DNA of 64,000 nucleotides, from positions 1-64,000 of IMG/VR virus record IMGVR_UViG_3300033233_000015; one strand, given 5' to 3'. Under the pieces are notes generated by a model, which saw only the letters and a list, made by a program, of their open reading frames with translations, searched no databases and had not been told where the DNA came from. Numbering within the stretch: the first letter of the stretch is position 1; the number at the start of each line of letters is the position of its first letter. This document shows positions 1-8,126 of the stretch, in pieces. Made by a program: the position numbers and the translations under genes. The stretch is from a virus.

Positions 1-366
1 TACCTGCGGGATGAAGAGATTCGGAGCTGCAACGAGCATCGCGTACGGATTCACGGGTGCGTTCGACAAGGGCAAATACACAGCGAAGTGCACCACCCTC
101 ATCTTGCTCATCTGCCCGATGATCTCGCCGACGTGAACTTGTCGATCCTTCACTCCATGGAGCGGACCGTAATCGTAGGTCGTGCCATCGAACGCGTGGA
201 GACGAACCGTTCGCGTGAGCGCATCGTTGTACACGTGGCCCTCGTCGACCGCGACGACGGGTGCACCTTCGTCGGCGCAGATAGCGATCCACTTGCCATT
301 CCACTCGTCGGAGAAGCCGGGCACGGTCTCGGTGGAGGTCGTTGCGACGGGAAAAACGCGGAGCAC
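1..366 (-). CDS. M23 peptidase-like protein, Zn ligands degenerate; runs off the window edge
   Basis: Not in the ORF track. Manual translation from GTG at 366 gives MLRVFPV...GAPVVAVDEGHV...VHVGEIIGQM...VVHFAVY...PVNPYAML, an M23 scaffold pattern lacking HxxxD and HxH. Confidence 0.55.
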   Translation of the reverse strand, partial: MLRVFPVATTSTETVPGFSDEWNGKWIAICADEGAPVVAVDEGHVYNDALTRTVRLHAFDGTTYDYGPLHGVKDRQVHVGEIIGQMSKMRVVHFAVYLPLSNAPVNPYAMLVAAPNLFIPQV

Positions 367-375
367 TCGTCGAGC

Positions 376-744
376 TTACCCGAGTGGCGTAGCGATCTCG
401 ACTACGCGTTGCCCGACACGGATGTCGTACATGCGAACGAAGCCGGCGTTCACCTCGAGCGCGTAACGCGATGGTCGCTCGATGCGTCGGAGCATCATGT
501 CGTGCGGTTGCATGTTCTCGAGGATGCCAACGATGACGAAGTCCTTGTCTAGGAAGATGATGTCGAGCGGGATGTACGTCTCGTACATCCAGAATGCGCG
601 ATCGGTGTCCGAGTTGAACACGAAGAGCATCCCGTGGTTCCACGGTAGTGAGGATCGATGTGAGAGACCTTTCGCATGCTCAACTGGTGTGCGTGCGAGC
701 TCGGCGGTGATCTCGAACGCGTTGAGGAGAAGATGCACGATCAC
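376..744 (-). CDS. DUF192 family protein
   Basis: AELARTP..HAKGLS.R..L....GMLFVF, FWM.ET.IPLDIIF.D and RYALEVNAG motifs. Confidence 0.9.
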   Translation of the reverse strand: MIVHLLLNAFEITAELARTPVEHAKGLSHRSSLPWNHGMLFVFNSDTDRAFWMYETYIPLDIIFLDKDFVIVGILENMQPHDMMLRRIERPSRYALEVNAGFVRMYDIRVGQRVVEIATPLG

Positions 745-1619
745 GAGAAGAGACTCGGATCGCCGAGGTACTCAAAATGCATCGTATCTCTCAAGCTTGA
801 ATCGCGACCGAGCCAGTAGAAACCGTATCGTTCGAAGGCGTGCACCCAGCACTCCGGCATCGCCATGCGTGAGTACGGGCCGGTGTCCGGCTGAGCACAA
901 ATCGGATCTTGTGCCCAGTGCCCGACGCATCCGCAACACGGGTTCAACGCCGGATCGATGTCGATCGCGATGCCGTAGACGTGATTGGAGACCTCGAAGT
1001 TGTGGTACGTGTTCGCCATGCGCAAGCCGGAGTACGCCTTGGGCTGGTACGGCGTCGCTGTGCAGTCTCTCTTGATGGCAGCTTCGACGCACTTGAGCGC
1101 GGGAATGATCCGACGGTTGAGCGTCACCGGAAGTCCGAAGAACGTGGTCTGCACCGCGTAGTACGAGGGCGGGTGTGCGTTGAGTGCCGAATCTCCAAAG
1201 CCGGGGAAGTACCCGTAGTTCTGTGTCCGGTAGTTCACGGCCTGCGTGAACATCGCTGGGTCCTTCAAGTAGTTCGCTCGGATGAGGAACGGTTGGGGAG
1301 ATTGCTCAGGACATCCAGCCAACGATGACGATGCAGCAGAAGCCTTCTTCGACGAGAAGAGTGCAAGGGCCACCGTCGCCAACGCAACACCACCGCCAAC
1401 AAGGAGTGCTGTCTTGGACGGTTTCGAGAGTGGGTTGCGTGCGAGCGCGAGATCAGGTTGGAGCTTGTAGCCTTCGTACTTGAGCGCATGCTCGACGCTG
1501 TAGCTGTGGTTGGCGTGGATGTACACCCACACCTCTTGCTCTGTGCCACGCAGCACAATCTTGCCGTCTCGCGACAGCACGTATCTGCCGGTCGGAGAAG
1601 AAATGTACGGGTAGCGCAT
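741..1619 (-). CDS. Membrane-anchored M15-family peptidoglycan peptidase with N-terminal module and NP linker
   Basis: SNHVYGIAID (SxHxxGxAxD) and DTMHFE motifs; TM segment follows ARNPLSK; ATG 1619 overlaps the upstream stop (TGATG). Confidence 0.85.
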   Translation of the reverse strand: MRYPYISSPTGRYVLSRDGKIVLRGTEQEVWVYIHANHSYSVEHALKYEGYKLQPDLALARNPLSKPSKTALLVGGGVALATVALALFSSKKASAASSSLAGCPEQSPQPFLIRANYLKDPAMFTQAVNYRTQNYGYFPGFGDSALNAHPPSYYAVQTTFFGLPVTLNRRIIPALKCVEAAIKRDCTATPYQPKAYSGLRMANTYHNFEVSNHVYGIAIDIDPALNPCCGCVGHWAQDPICAQPDTGPYSRMAMPECWVHAFERYGFYWLGRDSSLRDTMHFEYLGDPSLFS

Positions 1620-2587
1620 CACAACATCCTTGCTGCGATACCGACGGCCAGAAGACCGACGCCGGTGATGATCGCGGCCACGGCTGCTGCACGCGCGGAG
1701 TTTCGGCTCAAAGGATTGGGCGTAGCTTCGAGCCACTGCCGGCCTTCTGGTGTCAAAGCAAAGACGTTGACGAAGCCTCTGCCGATAGAGAGCACTTGAT
1801 GGCGAACGAACACGACGTAGCCGAACTTCTGTAGACGCATGATGGTTTGCTGCGCGCGTCGTCTCGTTGTGTCGGACACCTCGGTGCCGCGTTGTGCCGC
1901 CAACTGTTGTGCGAGGTCTGTTGTCGTGAACTCGCTCACAGGACCCATCATCTTGATGGCTTCACGCCACGCTTGCATCGTGCGTTCGAACTGCGGCATC
2001 ACTTGTACAACCGACGGAAGTGCTTCGAGCTCTACCCAGCGACGACCTTCTGCCGTCAACTTGAAGTACCCGCGCCGACCTTGGCCGAGTCCGCTCGGAC
2101 GCGTGGCGACGAATCGAATGTAGCCGCGACGCTCGAGGTCGCGCACAACACGTCCGGCTTGCATGACGCTCATCGAGAGCTTCTGTGCGAGCTGCTTCGT
2201 GGTGAAATGAGGTTTCTGCGAAAGCTCTCGAATCGCTCGATGCACTGCTTCGAGCTTGCCGCGAAGCATGCCCTTGAACTGCGACCTCAACCCGGATGGC
2301 AGAGCGAGCACTGTAGGTCCAGCAGGAAGAGCGAGCACAGGCTTGGGTGCAGGAAGTTGCGGCGCCATCCGCGAAGATCGCCAGATGTCCTCGATGATCT
2401 TCTTGCCGATGAGCACCGCTTGCGCTGGACCAGGCAGGTTGCAGATGATCTTGCCTTGAGCGTCAGGGTAGACGCGCGCGATCTCTCGCACGTCAAGACA
2501 CCAAGAGATGCGTTCGCGGTCAAACCAGATCGCGAACGGGACGTCCCGATGTTTGTAGTTGGCCAGCGTCCCCGGAACCGCAGACAT
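1619..2587 (-). CDS. Tandem winged-helix protein with C-terminal membrane anchor
   Basis: Two repeats of FTT..LAQ.L...L.R/K.GY..F....F.LT.EGR.W.E; ends PNPLSRN plus a hydrophobic helix. Confidence 0.7.
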   Translation of the reverse strand: MSAVPGTLANYKHRDVPFAIWFDRERISWCLDVREIARVYPDAQGKIICNLPGPAQAVLIGKKIIEDIWRSSRMAPQLPAPKPVLALPAGPTVLALPSGLRSQFKGMLRGKLEAVHRAIRELSQKPHFTTKQLAQKLSMSVMQAGRVVRDLERRGYIRFVATRPSGLGQGRRGYFKLTAEGRRWVELEALPSVVQVMPQFERTMQAWREAIKMMGPVSEFTTTDLAQQLAAQRGTEVSDTTRRRAQQTIMRLQKFGYVVFVRHQVLSIGRGFVNVFALTPEGRQWLEATPNPLSRNSARAAAVAAIITGVGLLAVGIAARML

Positions 2588-2590
2588 GGA

Positions 2591-3514
2591 TCAACCAGGG
2601 AAGTAGCGTGCGATGACGTTCGCTGTCTTCACAGCCGGAACCATCGGCGCGTGGTTGTAGTACGCGTGGATGTCCTTTCGATACACGTCGAGCGCTCGAT
2701 TGGCTTTCGCATCCGTGAAGTTGTGGCGGTAGACGAGCGCATCGAAGACGTCGTCGAAGTAGTGACGACGGCCGTAGTAGCTGCGTCCGGCGCTTGAACG
2801 AGGATTCTTACTCGTGCCGAGCGCCGTCCTCACGAGTTCACCACCACTCGCGATGTTGAGTGCTTCGGTGATCTCATCGTCAGGCATATTCATGCTCTTG
2901 AGGAACGCGATCTTGCTTCCGATGGCACCTGGTGCGTCACGCAGAATGAAGACTGCACGCTCGATACGACCCTCGCGCGTCGTGGCTGGGTGCTTGTACT
3001 CCGGCTTCTGAAGACGCGGATTCGGATCTCCTCGATGGTGCTTGTCCATCCACCCGCGAGGATGGAATCGAGCGGGAGCTCCGCAGATGCCACAAATGCG
3101 TTGCTGGTTGGTACCTGGGCGCACCGTCTGTTGATAGACGTGCTGTCGGTACCGCGTGCACTCGACGTCGTACTCACCCGGAGGAACGAGTCCGCGAGGG
3201 TTCTCCGTCATCTTGCGCGGGTGATCGATGGTGTGGGTGTGAGGTGCCAGATCGTGAACGAACTCGAGATCGGCGCCGATGTGCCAGTTGCCGCGCTTTT
3301 GAAAGAGCTTGCTGACGTAGTACCCACCGCTCACGGGCCCCTGGTAGATGCGAAATGTTGGACCGCCGCCCGAGATGTACGTGAACCCTCTCGATTTTGC
3401 TTCTTGGATCGCAGCGTCGTACGAATCCCAATCGCGCACCATCGGGTTCTCCTGAAGACCCTCGTAAGGGTCTGCCCAACTACATCCCGAGCAGGTCCAC
3501 GGGTTCGCGTTCAT
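2591..3514 (-). CDS. NP-linked multi-module protein; includes a Pex14-N-like helical module
   Basis: Start MNANP overlaps the upstream stop (ATGA); five NP motifs separate dissimilar segments. Confidence 0.7.
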   Translation of the reverse strand: MNANPWTCSGCSWADPYEGLQENPMVRDWDSYDAAIQEAKSRGFTYISGGGPTFRIYQGPVSGGYYVSKLFQKRGNWHIGADLEFVHDLAPHTHTIDHPRKMTENPRGLVPPGEYDVECTRYRQHVYQQTVRPGTNQQRICGICGAPARFHPRGWMDKHHRGDPNPRLQKPEYKHPATTREGRIERAVFILRDAPGAIGSKIAFLKSMNMPDDEITEALNIASGGELVRTALGTSKNPRSSAGRSYYGRRHYFDDVFDALVYRHNFTDAKANRALDVYRKDIHAYYNHAPMVPAVKTANVIARYFPG

Positions 3515-3804
3515 TCGCACGCCTCTTCTTCCTCTTCGTCCTCCTCGTCTTCGAACTCTTCTTCCTCGTCTTCGTATTCTTCTTCCTCGGGCGCAGAGCA
3601 TGGACCGACCTCGGCGCACTCGATCTCGAGATCGTAGCGATCCTCGGCCATGCCCGCGATCTCTTCCATGCAGCCGAGCATGTCCGAGACGTAGATCTGA
3701 ACCTGATGCGGGTTGTTGGCGGTGAGGGCCTTGTTCAAGCCCACCAAGTCCTCACGGACACGCCGCATGAACGCACGAATTTCGCCCTTGGTCGGCTTGC
3801 TCAT
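3511..3804 (-). CDS. Small protein with highly acidic C-terminus
   Basis: ORF preceded by CTGACG-N17-TAGGAT; E/D-rich tail. Confidence 0.7.
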   Translation of the reverse strand: MSKPTKGEIRAFMRRVREDLVGLNKALTANNPHQVQIYVSDMLGCMEEIAGMAEDRYDLEIECAEVGPCSAPEEEEYEDEEEEFEDEEDEEEEEACE

Positions 3805-3842
3805 CGTGAACCATCCTACCCCTGTTTGAATCGAGCGTCAGC

Positions 3843-4877
3843 CTACGTAAACTCGACGAAACCCGCGCGATCCACGATGTAGAACCGACCGCCTTTTTGG
3901 ACGATGTCTCCGACGCTCATGCTTGTGTGCTGAAGCCCGCGTGACGAGATGAAACCACGAGCCTCGCCGTGAGGGCTCCAGTTCTCACCCTGCATCATGC
4001 CAAAAATGGCTTCGAGATACGTTTCGGCGACTCGACCGATGCACACATGTGTCTTCTCGAGTGCTGCCGGGTCCGGCATCAGGTTCTTCTTCTTGAGCCA
4101 CTCGACGCCCATGTTGCCGTCGCCAAAGAACTCAGTACGCGCATACCAGATGCGCGTCGAACCAAGTGCGTAGGCGCCGACAGGTGTAGTTGCCCCGAAT
4201 TGAGTTTGGCCGTGGCCAGCCCACGCAGAACTCACGATCCTTTGAAGCTCTCCGTCTGCGCAGTCAGGAACTAGCCGCAAGACACCACCTTTCCCACGAA
4301 TCACGCGACGTGGGTTGGGTGAACGTCCTGGAAAGTCGGGCGGCGGCGCGTACTCCTGTTCGTGAATCAACCGTTGGCGTTCGTGCTTCGCGATCTGAAG
4401 TGCAAGCTCTTCGCGGATGGCCAGCGGGATGTACTGCTGAACGACGTCCTGCGCCGGCGACTGGCGATAGAACGTCGAGAGTGGCTTCCCCAAGATGAGC
4501 TCGTGCACGTACATTGCTGCGCCAAGATTCACCCACTCGATCCACAAATACGGCGCGAGGCGTGCGTCGTACGCGCGAGGATCAGCGAGGACGCGCTTCT
4601 TCAGATCGTAGAGCTCGCGGGTGTTGTCGATGTAGATCCAGAGATCATCGATCGCGTGCTCCTTGTCCCCGCCCCACCAATCCGACGGGTTCCGCGCCAT
4701 CCGGTACTCAGCAGGGAAGCTCCGGTAGCAGCCCTCGCAGACCGGCCCGATGTAAAGAATGCGGAAGTCGTCGAGCGCGTCGTTCGGACACGGTTTCCAT
4801 GCACGCGTATCGAGCGTGTCGCGCGAGCCGTCCGCGTGCGGCATCTTGCAAACAAGGCTCTCACAGTTGCAGCGCAT
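3843..4877 (-). CDS. NP-linked multi-module protein with C-terminal YodL-like domain
   Basis: HTSMSVGDIV...FYIVDRAGFVE matches the YodL signature; MARNP and RSPNP linkers; conserved motif directly before the ATG. Confidence 0.7.
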   Translation of the reverse strand: MRCNCESLVCKMPHADGSRDTLDTRAWKPCPNDALDDFRILYIGPVCEGCYRSFPAEYRMARNPSDWWGGDKEHAIDDLWIYIDNTRELYDLKKRVLADPRAYDARLAPYLWIEWVNLGAAMYVHELILGKPLSTFYRQSPAQDVVQQYIPLAIREELALQIAKHERQRLIHEQEYAPPPDFPGRSPNPRRVIRGKGGVLRLVPDCADGELQRIVSSAWAGHGQTQFGATTPVGAYALGSTRIWYARTEFFGDGNMGVEWLKKKNLMPDPAALEKTHVCIGRVAETYLEAIFGMMQGENWSPHGEARGFISSRGLQHTSMSVGDIVQKGGRFYIVDRAGFVEFT

Positions 4878-4900
4878 CCTTCGTGGCTCCCTTGTCGGTC
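4878..4900 (-). promoter_or_regulatory. Conserved upstream motif, copy 1 (GACCGACAAGGGAGCCACGAAGG)
   Basis: Immediately precedes ATG 4877; begins 6 nt downstream of the -10-like TACACT. Confidence 0.85.
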
Positions 4901-4929
4901 ACGACCAGTGTACGCTAACCCACACGCCG

Positions 4930-5712
4930 ATGAACCCGTTCCTTCCTTCGTGGATCTTCCAACAGCAGTACAAAGAAAGGGAAGCAGCACGCAAGCGAAT
5001 GCTTGCGACGCCGTCGGAGCCGTGGACACCGGACATCAAGTGGAAGCCGGTCTTGCACATCCAGGTCGAGAGCTACCGCTGGTTCGTGCGTGATCTTTTC
5101 CCCGAAGCCACTGAGGTGCTGCCGGGTGAAGATTTCGCTCGTCATAAGTGCATGGTGCTCTCGCCGTCCGGTCGCTTCTGCTACGCGAAGAAGATCCTGC
5201 CTCCGAACGGCATGCTCGCAACGTTGTCGGGTCGCAAGCATGGGCACGTATTCTTCGACGCACCGGTGATGATCCCGATGCTCTTCGAACGCAAGCAATC
5301 AGGAGAACGGTTCTACGATTTCCCGGAAGAGCCGTGGATGAGCCTCACACCGATGGAGCTCTTCTCGCTTCGTCCCGGCACGAAGCTGACGAAGGGCCAC
5401 ACGGTTATCGCTGGGCTCGGGCTCGGTCACCAGCTCATCGAAGTCAGCCATCGCCCAACTGTTCGCGCGATCACGCTCGTCGAGAAAAATCCTGAGCTTG
5501 TGAGTTGGCTTCTTCCGCGAATCCGAACGCACATGGACCCGCGTGTGCCGCTTCGTGTGATCGTAGGAAGCGCTTACGACATCGTGCCGCAGCTCACCGC
5601 TGACGTTGCACTCATCGACATCTTCCCGCGCTACGGTGGCAACCGAGAGACCTGGCGTTACAAGACGCGCGGATGTCCCGCCATCGGCCGAGTTTGGGTG
5701 TGGGGTGGGTGA
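4930..5712 (+). CDS. SAM-dependent methyltransferase / spermidine-synthase-like protein
   Basis: WMSLTPME, VIAGLGLG, TLVEKNPEL and ALIDIF Rossmann motifs; start at 4930 is inferred. Confidence 0.65.
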   Translation: MNPFLPSWIFQQQYKEREAARKRMLATPSEPWTPDIKWKPVLHIQVESYRWFVRDLFPEATEVLPGEDFARHKCMVLSPSGRFCYAKKILPPNGMLATLSGRKHGHVFFDAPVMIPMLFERKQSGERFYDFPEEPWMSLTPMELFSLRPGTKLTKGHTVIAGLGLGHQLIEVSHRPTVRAITLVEKNPELVSWLLPRIRTHMDPRVPLRVIVGSAYDIVPQLTADVALIDIFPRYGGNRETWRYKTRGCPAIGRVWVWGG

Positions 5713-5747
5713 GGACAGCAGGGCCGTGACCAGGTAGAGTCGTTCGT

Positions 5748-7472
5748 ATGGTCGGTCCGCATACCTATCGCGTGCAGCCAGGGGATACTCCGACGCGCAT
5801 CGCGATCCAGTTCACGCGCTGCCCGAAGTGCGCACGCGATCTCGTGCTCGTGAACCCGCAGAAGCGACATGTCATGCTGCCGAACGGCTTTCTCACGTTC
5901 ACCGATCTTCGGGTCGGTGAGGAATTGAGGCTGCCGAACAAGTGGTTCGACGGCACGAACAAGCTCGAAGACAAGAGCGCGTGGCCGTGGCCGCCAGGCT
6001 GGGACGAACATTGGATCGATCAGCCGTTGGTTGGTCTTGGAGACGTCGCCTCCGATCTCGCTGCTTCACCGGAGTGGGCTGACATCCTGAAACAGCTCAA
6101 GGCGGAAGGTGTTGATCCTGCGACTCCTGCTGGAAAACTCATCGTCGACACAGCGCAACAGACCTTCGTCACGCAGTTCACCAGCCTGACTTCCAACTCG
6201 CTCGGCGTGGATATCGGAACAGCTAAAGTTGCTGCGAAGCAATTCGTTCTCGCCGGACAGACCATTGCTGGAGCAGTGACGAACATCAACGGCATCATCG
6301 AAGCGTCGAAGAGCGGTGTACCTCCGCAACAAGTTGCTCTGATGTTCACAGGAACGCTCATCGGACTCGCAGCAGCCGGAGGTTTGATCGTGCCCGGTGT
6401 CGGCGCTGCGATCATGCTTGGCGTCGGGTTCCTGCTCAAGGCGTTGCCTTGGGGCGATAAGCCAGCAGGCACACTCATCTGCGGGACAGATGAGAACGGG
6501 ATGCACGTCGTCGATCCGAAATTCGTCATCGGATGTGTCGCAGTAACAGGCTGCGACGGCCAGCACCCTACGCCTTGTCAGATTCAACCTGGCAGCTCAC
6601 TGTGGCGACATTTTCCGGTTCCGAGTTCTGACCCAAATTCCCCCGATGCCGGTTGGTTTGAACCCTTCGGTGCACCATCGGTGTTCTGGCCACCCGCCGC
6701 TCCAATTTATTGGTCTGCGTGGACGAACAAATCTGTGTTTGCGCGTCCGATCGATGTCGCGTTTCCAGAGTACCGACAGCTCGAGTGCGAGCTTGCAAAC
6801 TCGTACGCGTTGCCGGGCATCTCGCTCAAAGACATCGGCTTTCTTCGAGGCGCAGCCGTCATCGCGTTCCTGTCGGCGTTCTTCGCCGCGTGGAGAATGA
6901 ACAAAGAGTACGCGCTCAACGGCCTCAAACCGCGAGAAGACTGGGAAGTTCTTCTTCACACGTTGCGTGTGTGGAATCGAGCACACGAGCCTGGTGACGG
7001 ATTCGATTTCGAGCAGTCAACATCAACGCCGATCGGAGCAACATCCCGTGACGATTGTACGTACGTGCAGAGCACGTACGCGTCGATGCTCGTCAACAAA
7101 GCTGTGGGCGGTGCTAGCGGTACGGCTTACCAAGACGATGTCGTAGGTGGAAAGCTGCATCTCAACACGGGGAATCAAAAGACGACGAAGTTCATCGTCC
7201 CTCCAGGTCCGACCCTCGCACGCTCGCGTATCGATCTTGTTGCAGCACAAAGCGCGTCAACGTCGATGAGCACGACGAGCAAAGTGCTCATCGGTACCGC
7301 CATCGCAGTCGGACTCGGCGCACTCTCGCTCGAAGCGTACGCGCGCATGCACCACATGACCTTCGGTCAGAGCGCGAAGCATGTCTGGTCAGGTGTCACG
7401 AGCAAGTTCCACCGCACTCCTCGCATGGGTGGGCGTCCAATGCGTGCGCTTCCGCGTTCGCGTCGTCGGTAG
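5748..7472 (+). CDS. LysM-like (CPKC) N-terminal domain protein with internal and C-terminal TM segments; putative virion/membrane protein
   Basis: YRVQPGDTP..IA...L...NP....L.VGEEL.LP pattern; VGLG after the domain; C-terminal hydrophobic helix and basic tail. Confidence 0.7.
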   Translation: MVGPHTYRVQPGDTPTRIAIQFTRCPKCARDLVLVNPQKRHVMLPNGFLTFTDLRVGEELRLPNKWFDGTNKLEDKSAWPWPPGWDEHWIDQPLVGLGDVASDLAASPEWADILKQLKAEGVDPATPAGKLIVDTAQQTFVTQFTSLTSNSLGVDIGTAKVAAKQFVLAGQTIAGAVTNINGIIEASKSGVPPQQVALMFTGTLIGLAAAGGLIVPGVGAAIMLGVGFLLKALPWGDKPAGTLICGTDENGMHVVDPKFVIGCVAVTGCDGQHPTPCQIQPGSSLWRHFPVPSSDPNSPDAGWFEPFGAPSVFWPPAAPIYWSAWTNKSVFARPIDVAFPEYRQLECELANSYALPGISLKDIGFLRGAAVIAFLSAFFAAWRMNKEYALNGLKPREDWEVLLHTLRVWNRAHEPGDGFDFEQSTSTPIGATSRDDCTYVQSTYASMLVNKAVGGASGTAYQDDVVGGKLHLNTGNQKTTKFIVPPGPTLARSRIDLVAAQSASTSMSTTSKVLIGTAIAVGLGALSLEAYARMHHMTFGQSAKHVWSGVTSKFHRTPRMGGRPMRALPRSRRR

Positions 7473-7474
7473 CG

Positions 7475-7496
7475 GACCGACAAGGGAGCCACGAAG
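7475..7496 (+). promoter_or_regulatory. Conserved upstream motif, copy 2
   Basis: GACCGACAAGGGAGCCACGAAG directly before GTG 7497. Confidence 0.85.
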
Positions 7497-8126
7497 GTGA
7501 ACGTTGTTCCGCTCTTCAGGAACCCGAAGCGTGACCCTTTCAAGGTGCTCGAGGCGCTGGCGCGCGTTTCGTGGGACGTCTTCAGTCAGTGCTACAAGCC
7601 GGACTGCTGCATCGCTGCGACCAAAGTAGGGATCGAAGCGCTCAAACCGTTCGGGATCGCAGGCAGACCGATGCCGACACGCACGATGGCAGCCAACGCG
7701 GCGTACTGGCTCTACGTGGAAGGCAAGGTTCCTGAACCCGACTCGACTGCACGCGTCCTCATTATCGATGACACGTGCGACGACGGTACGGGGTACCCGG
7801 GCCACCTCGTCATCGTCGGCAAGGTGAAGGGCATCCCATTTCTCTTGGATCTGTCGGCTGTGCAGCTCGATCGACCTCACAAGGAGATCCACGTCCCGCC
7901 CGAAGGACTCCTCATCTTTTTGCCGCCGACGTTCGAGTTCAAGGGCACGTGGGCTGTTCCCGTCATCAATCCCCGAGGCGGTGCGATCCTCTACGCTCCT
8001 CATCCGAACCCACCGGATTACACGACGGCGTCGGACTGGTATCTTCGAACACCGTGGCACCACGCGACTTTTACGCGAATGCGTGATGAGCTGATCGAAG
8101 CCACGCGACAGGAGCTCGGTGAGTAA
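7497..8126 (+). CDS. Putative transglutaminase/papain-like (Cys-His-Asp) protein
   Basis: CCIAAT...GHLVIV...LLDLS..Q spacing typical of the fold. Confidence 0.45.
   Translation: MNVVPLFRNPKRDPFKVLEALARVSWDVFSQCYKPDCCIAATKVGIEALKPFGIAGRPMPTRTMAANAAYWLYVEGKVPEPDSTARVLIIDDTCDDGTGYPGHLVIVGKVKGIPFLLDLSAVQLDRPHKEIHVPPEGLLIFLPPTFEFKGTWAVPVINPRGGAILYAPHPNPPDYTTASDWYLRTPWHHATFTRMRDELIEATRQELGE

Noticed and set aside
61-72. GTTCGACAAGGG, matching the flank and start of motif copy 4
   Set aside because: Only 12 nt, inside a coding region, lacking the AGCCACGAA half; likely chance.
3515-3619. Arg-rich N-terminus of track ORF 2591..3619 as a protamine-like segment
   Set aside because: It is the alternate frame of the acidic tail of 3511..3804; the coupled ATG at 3514 is the better start.
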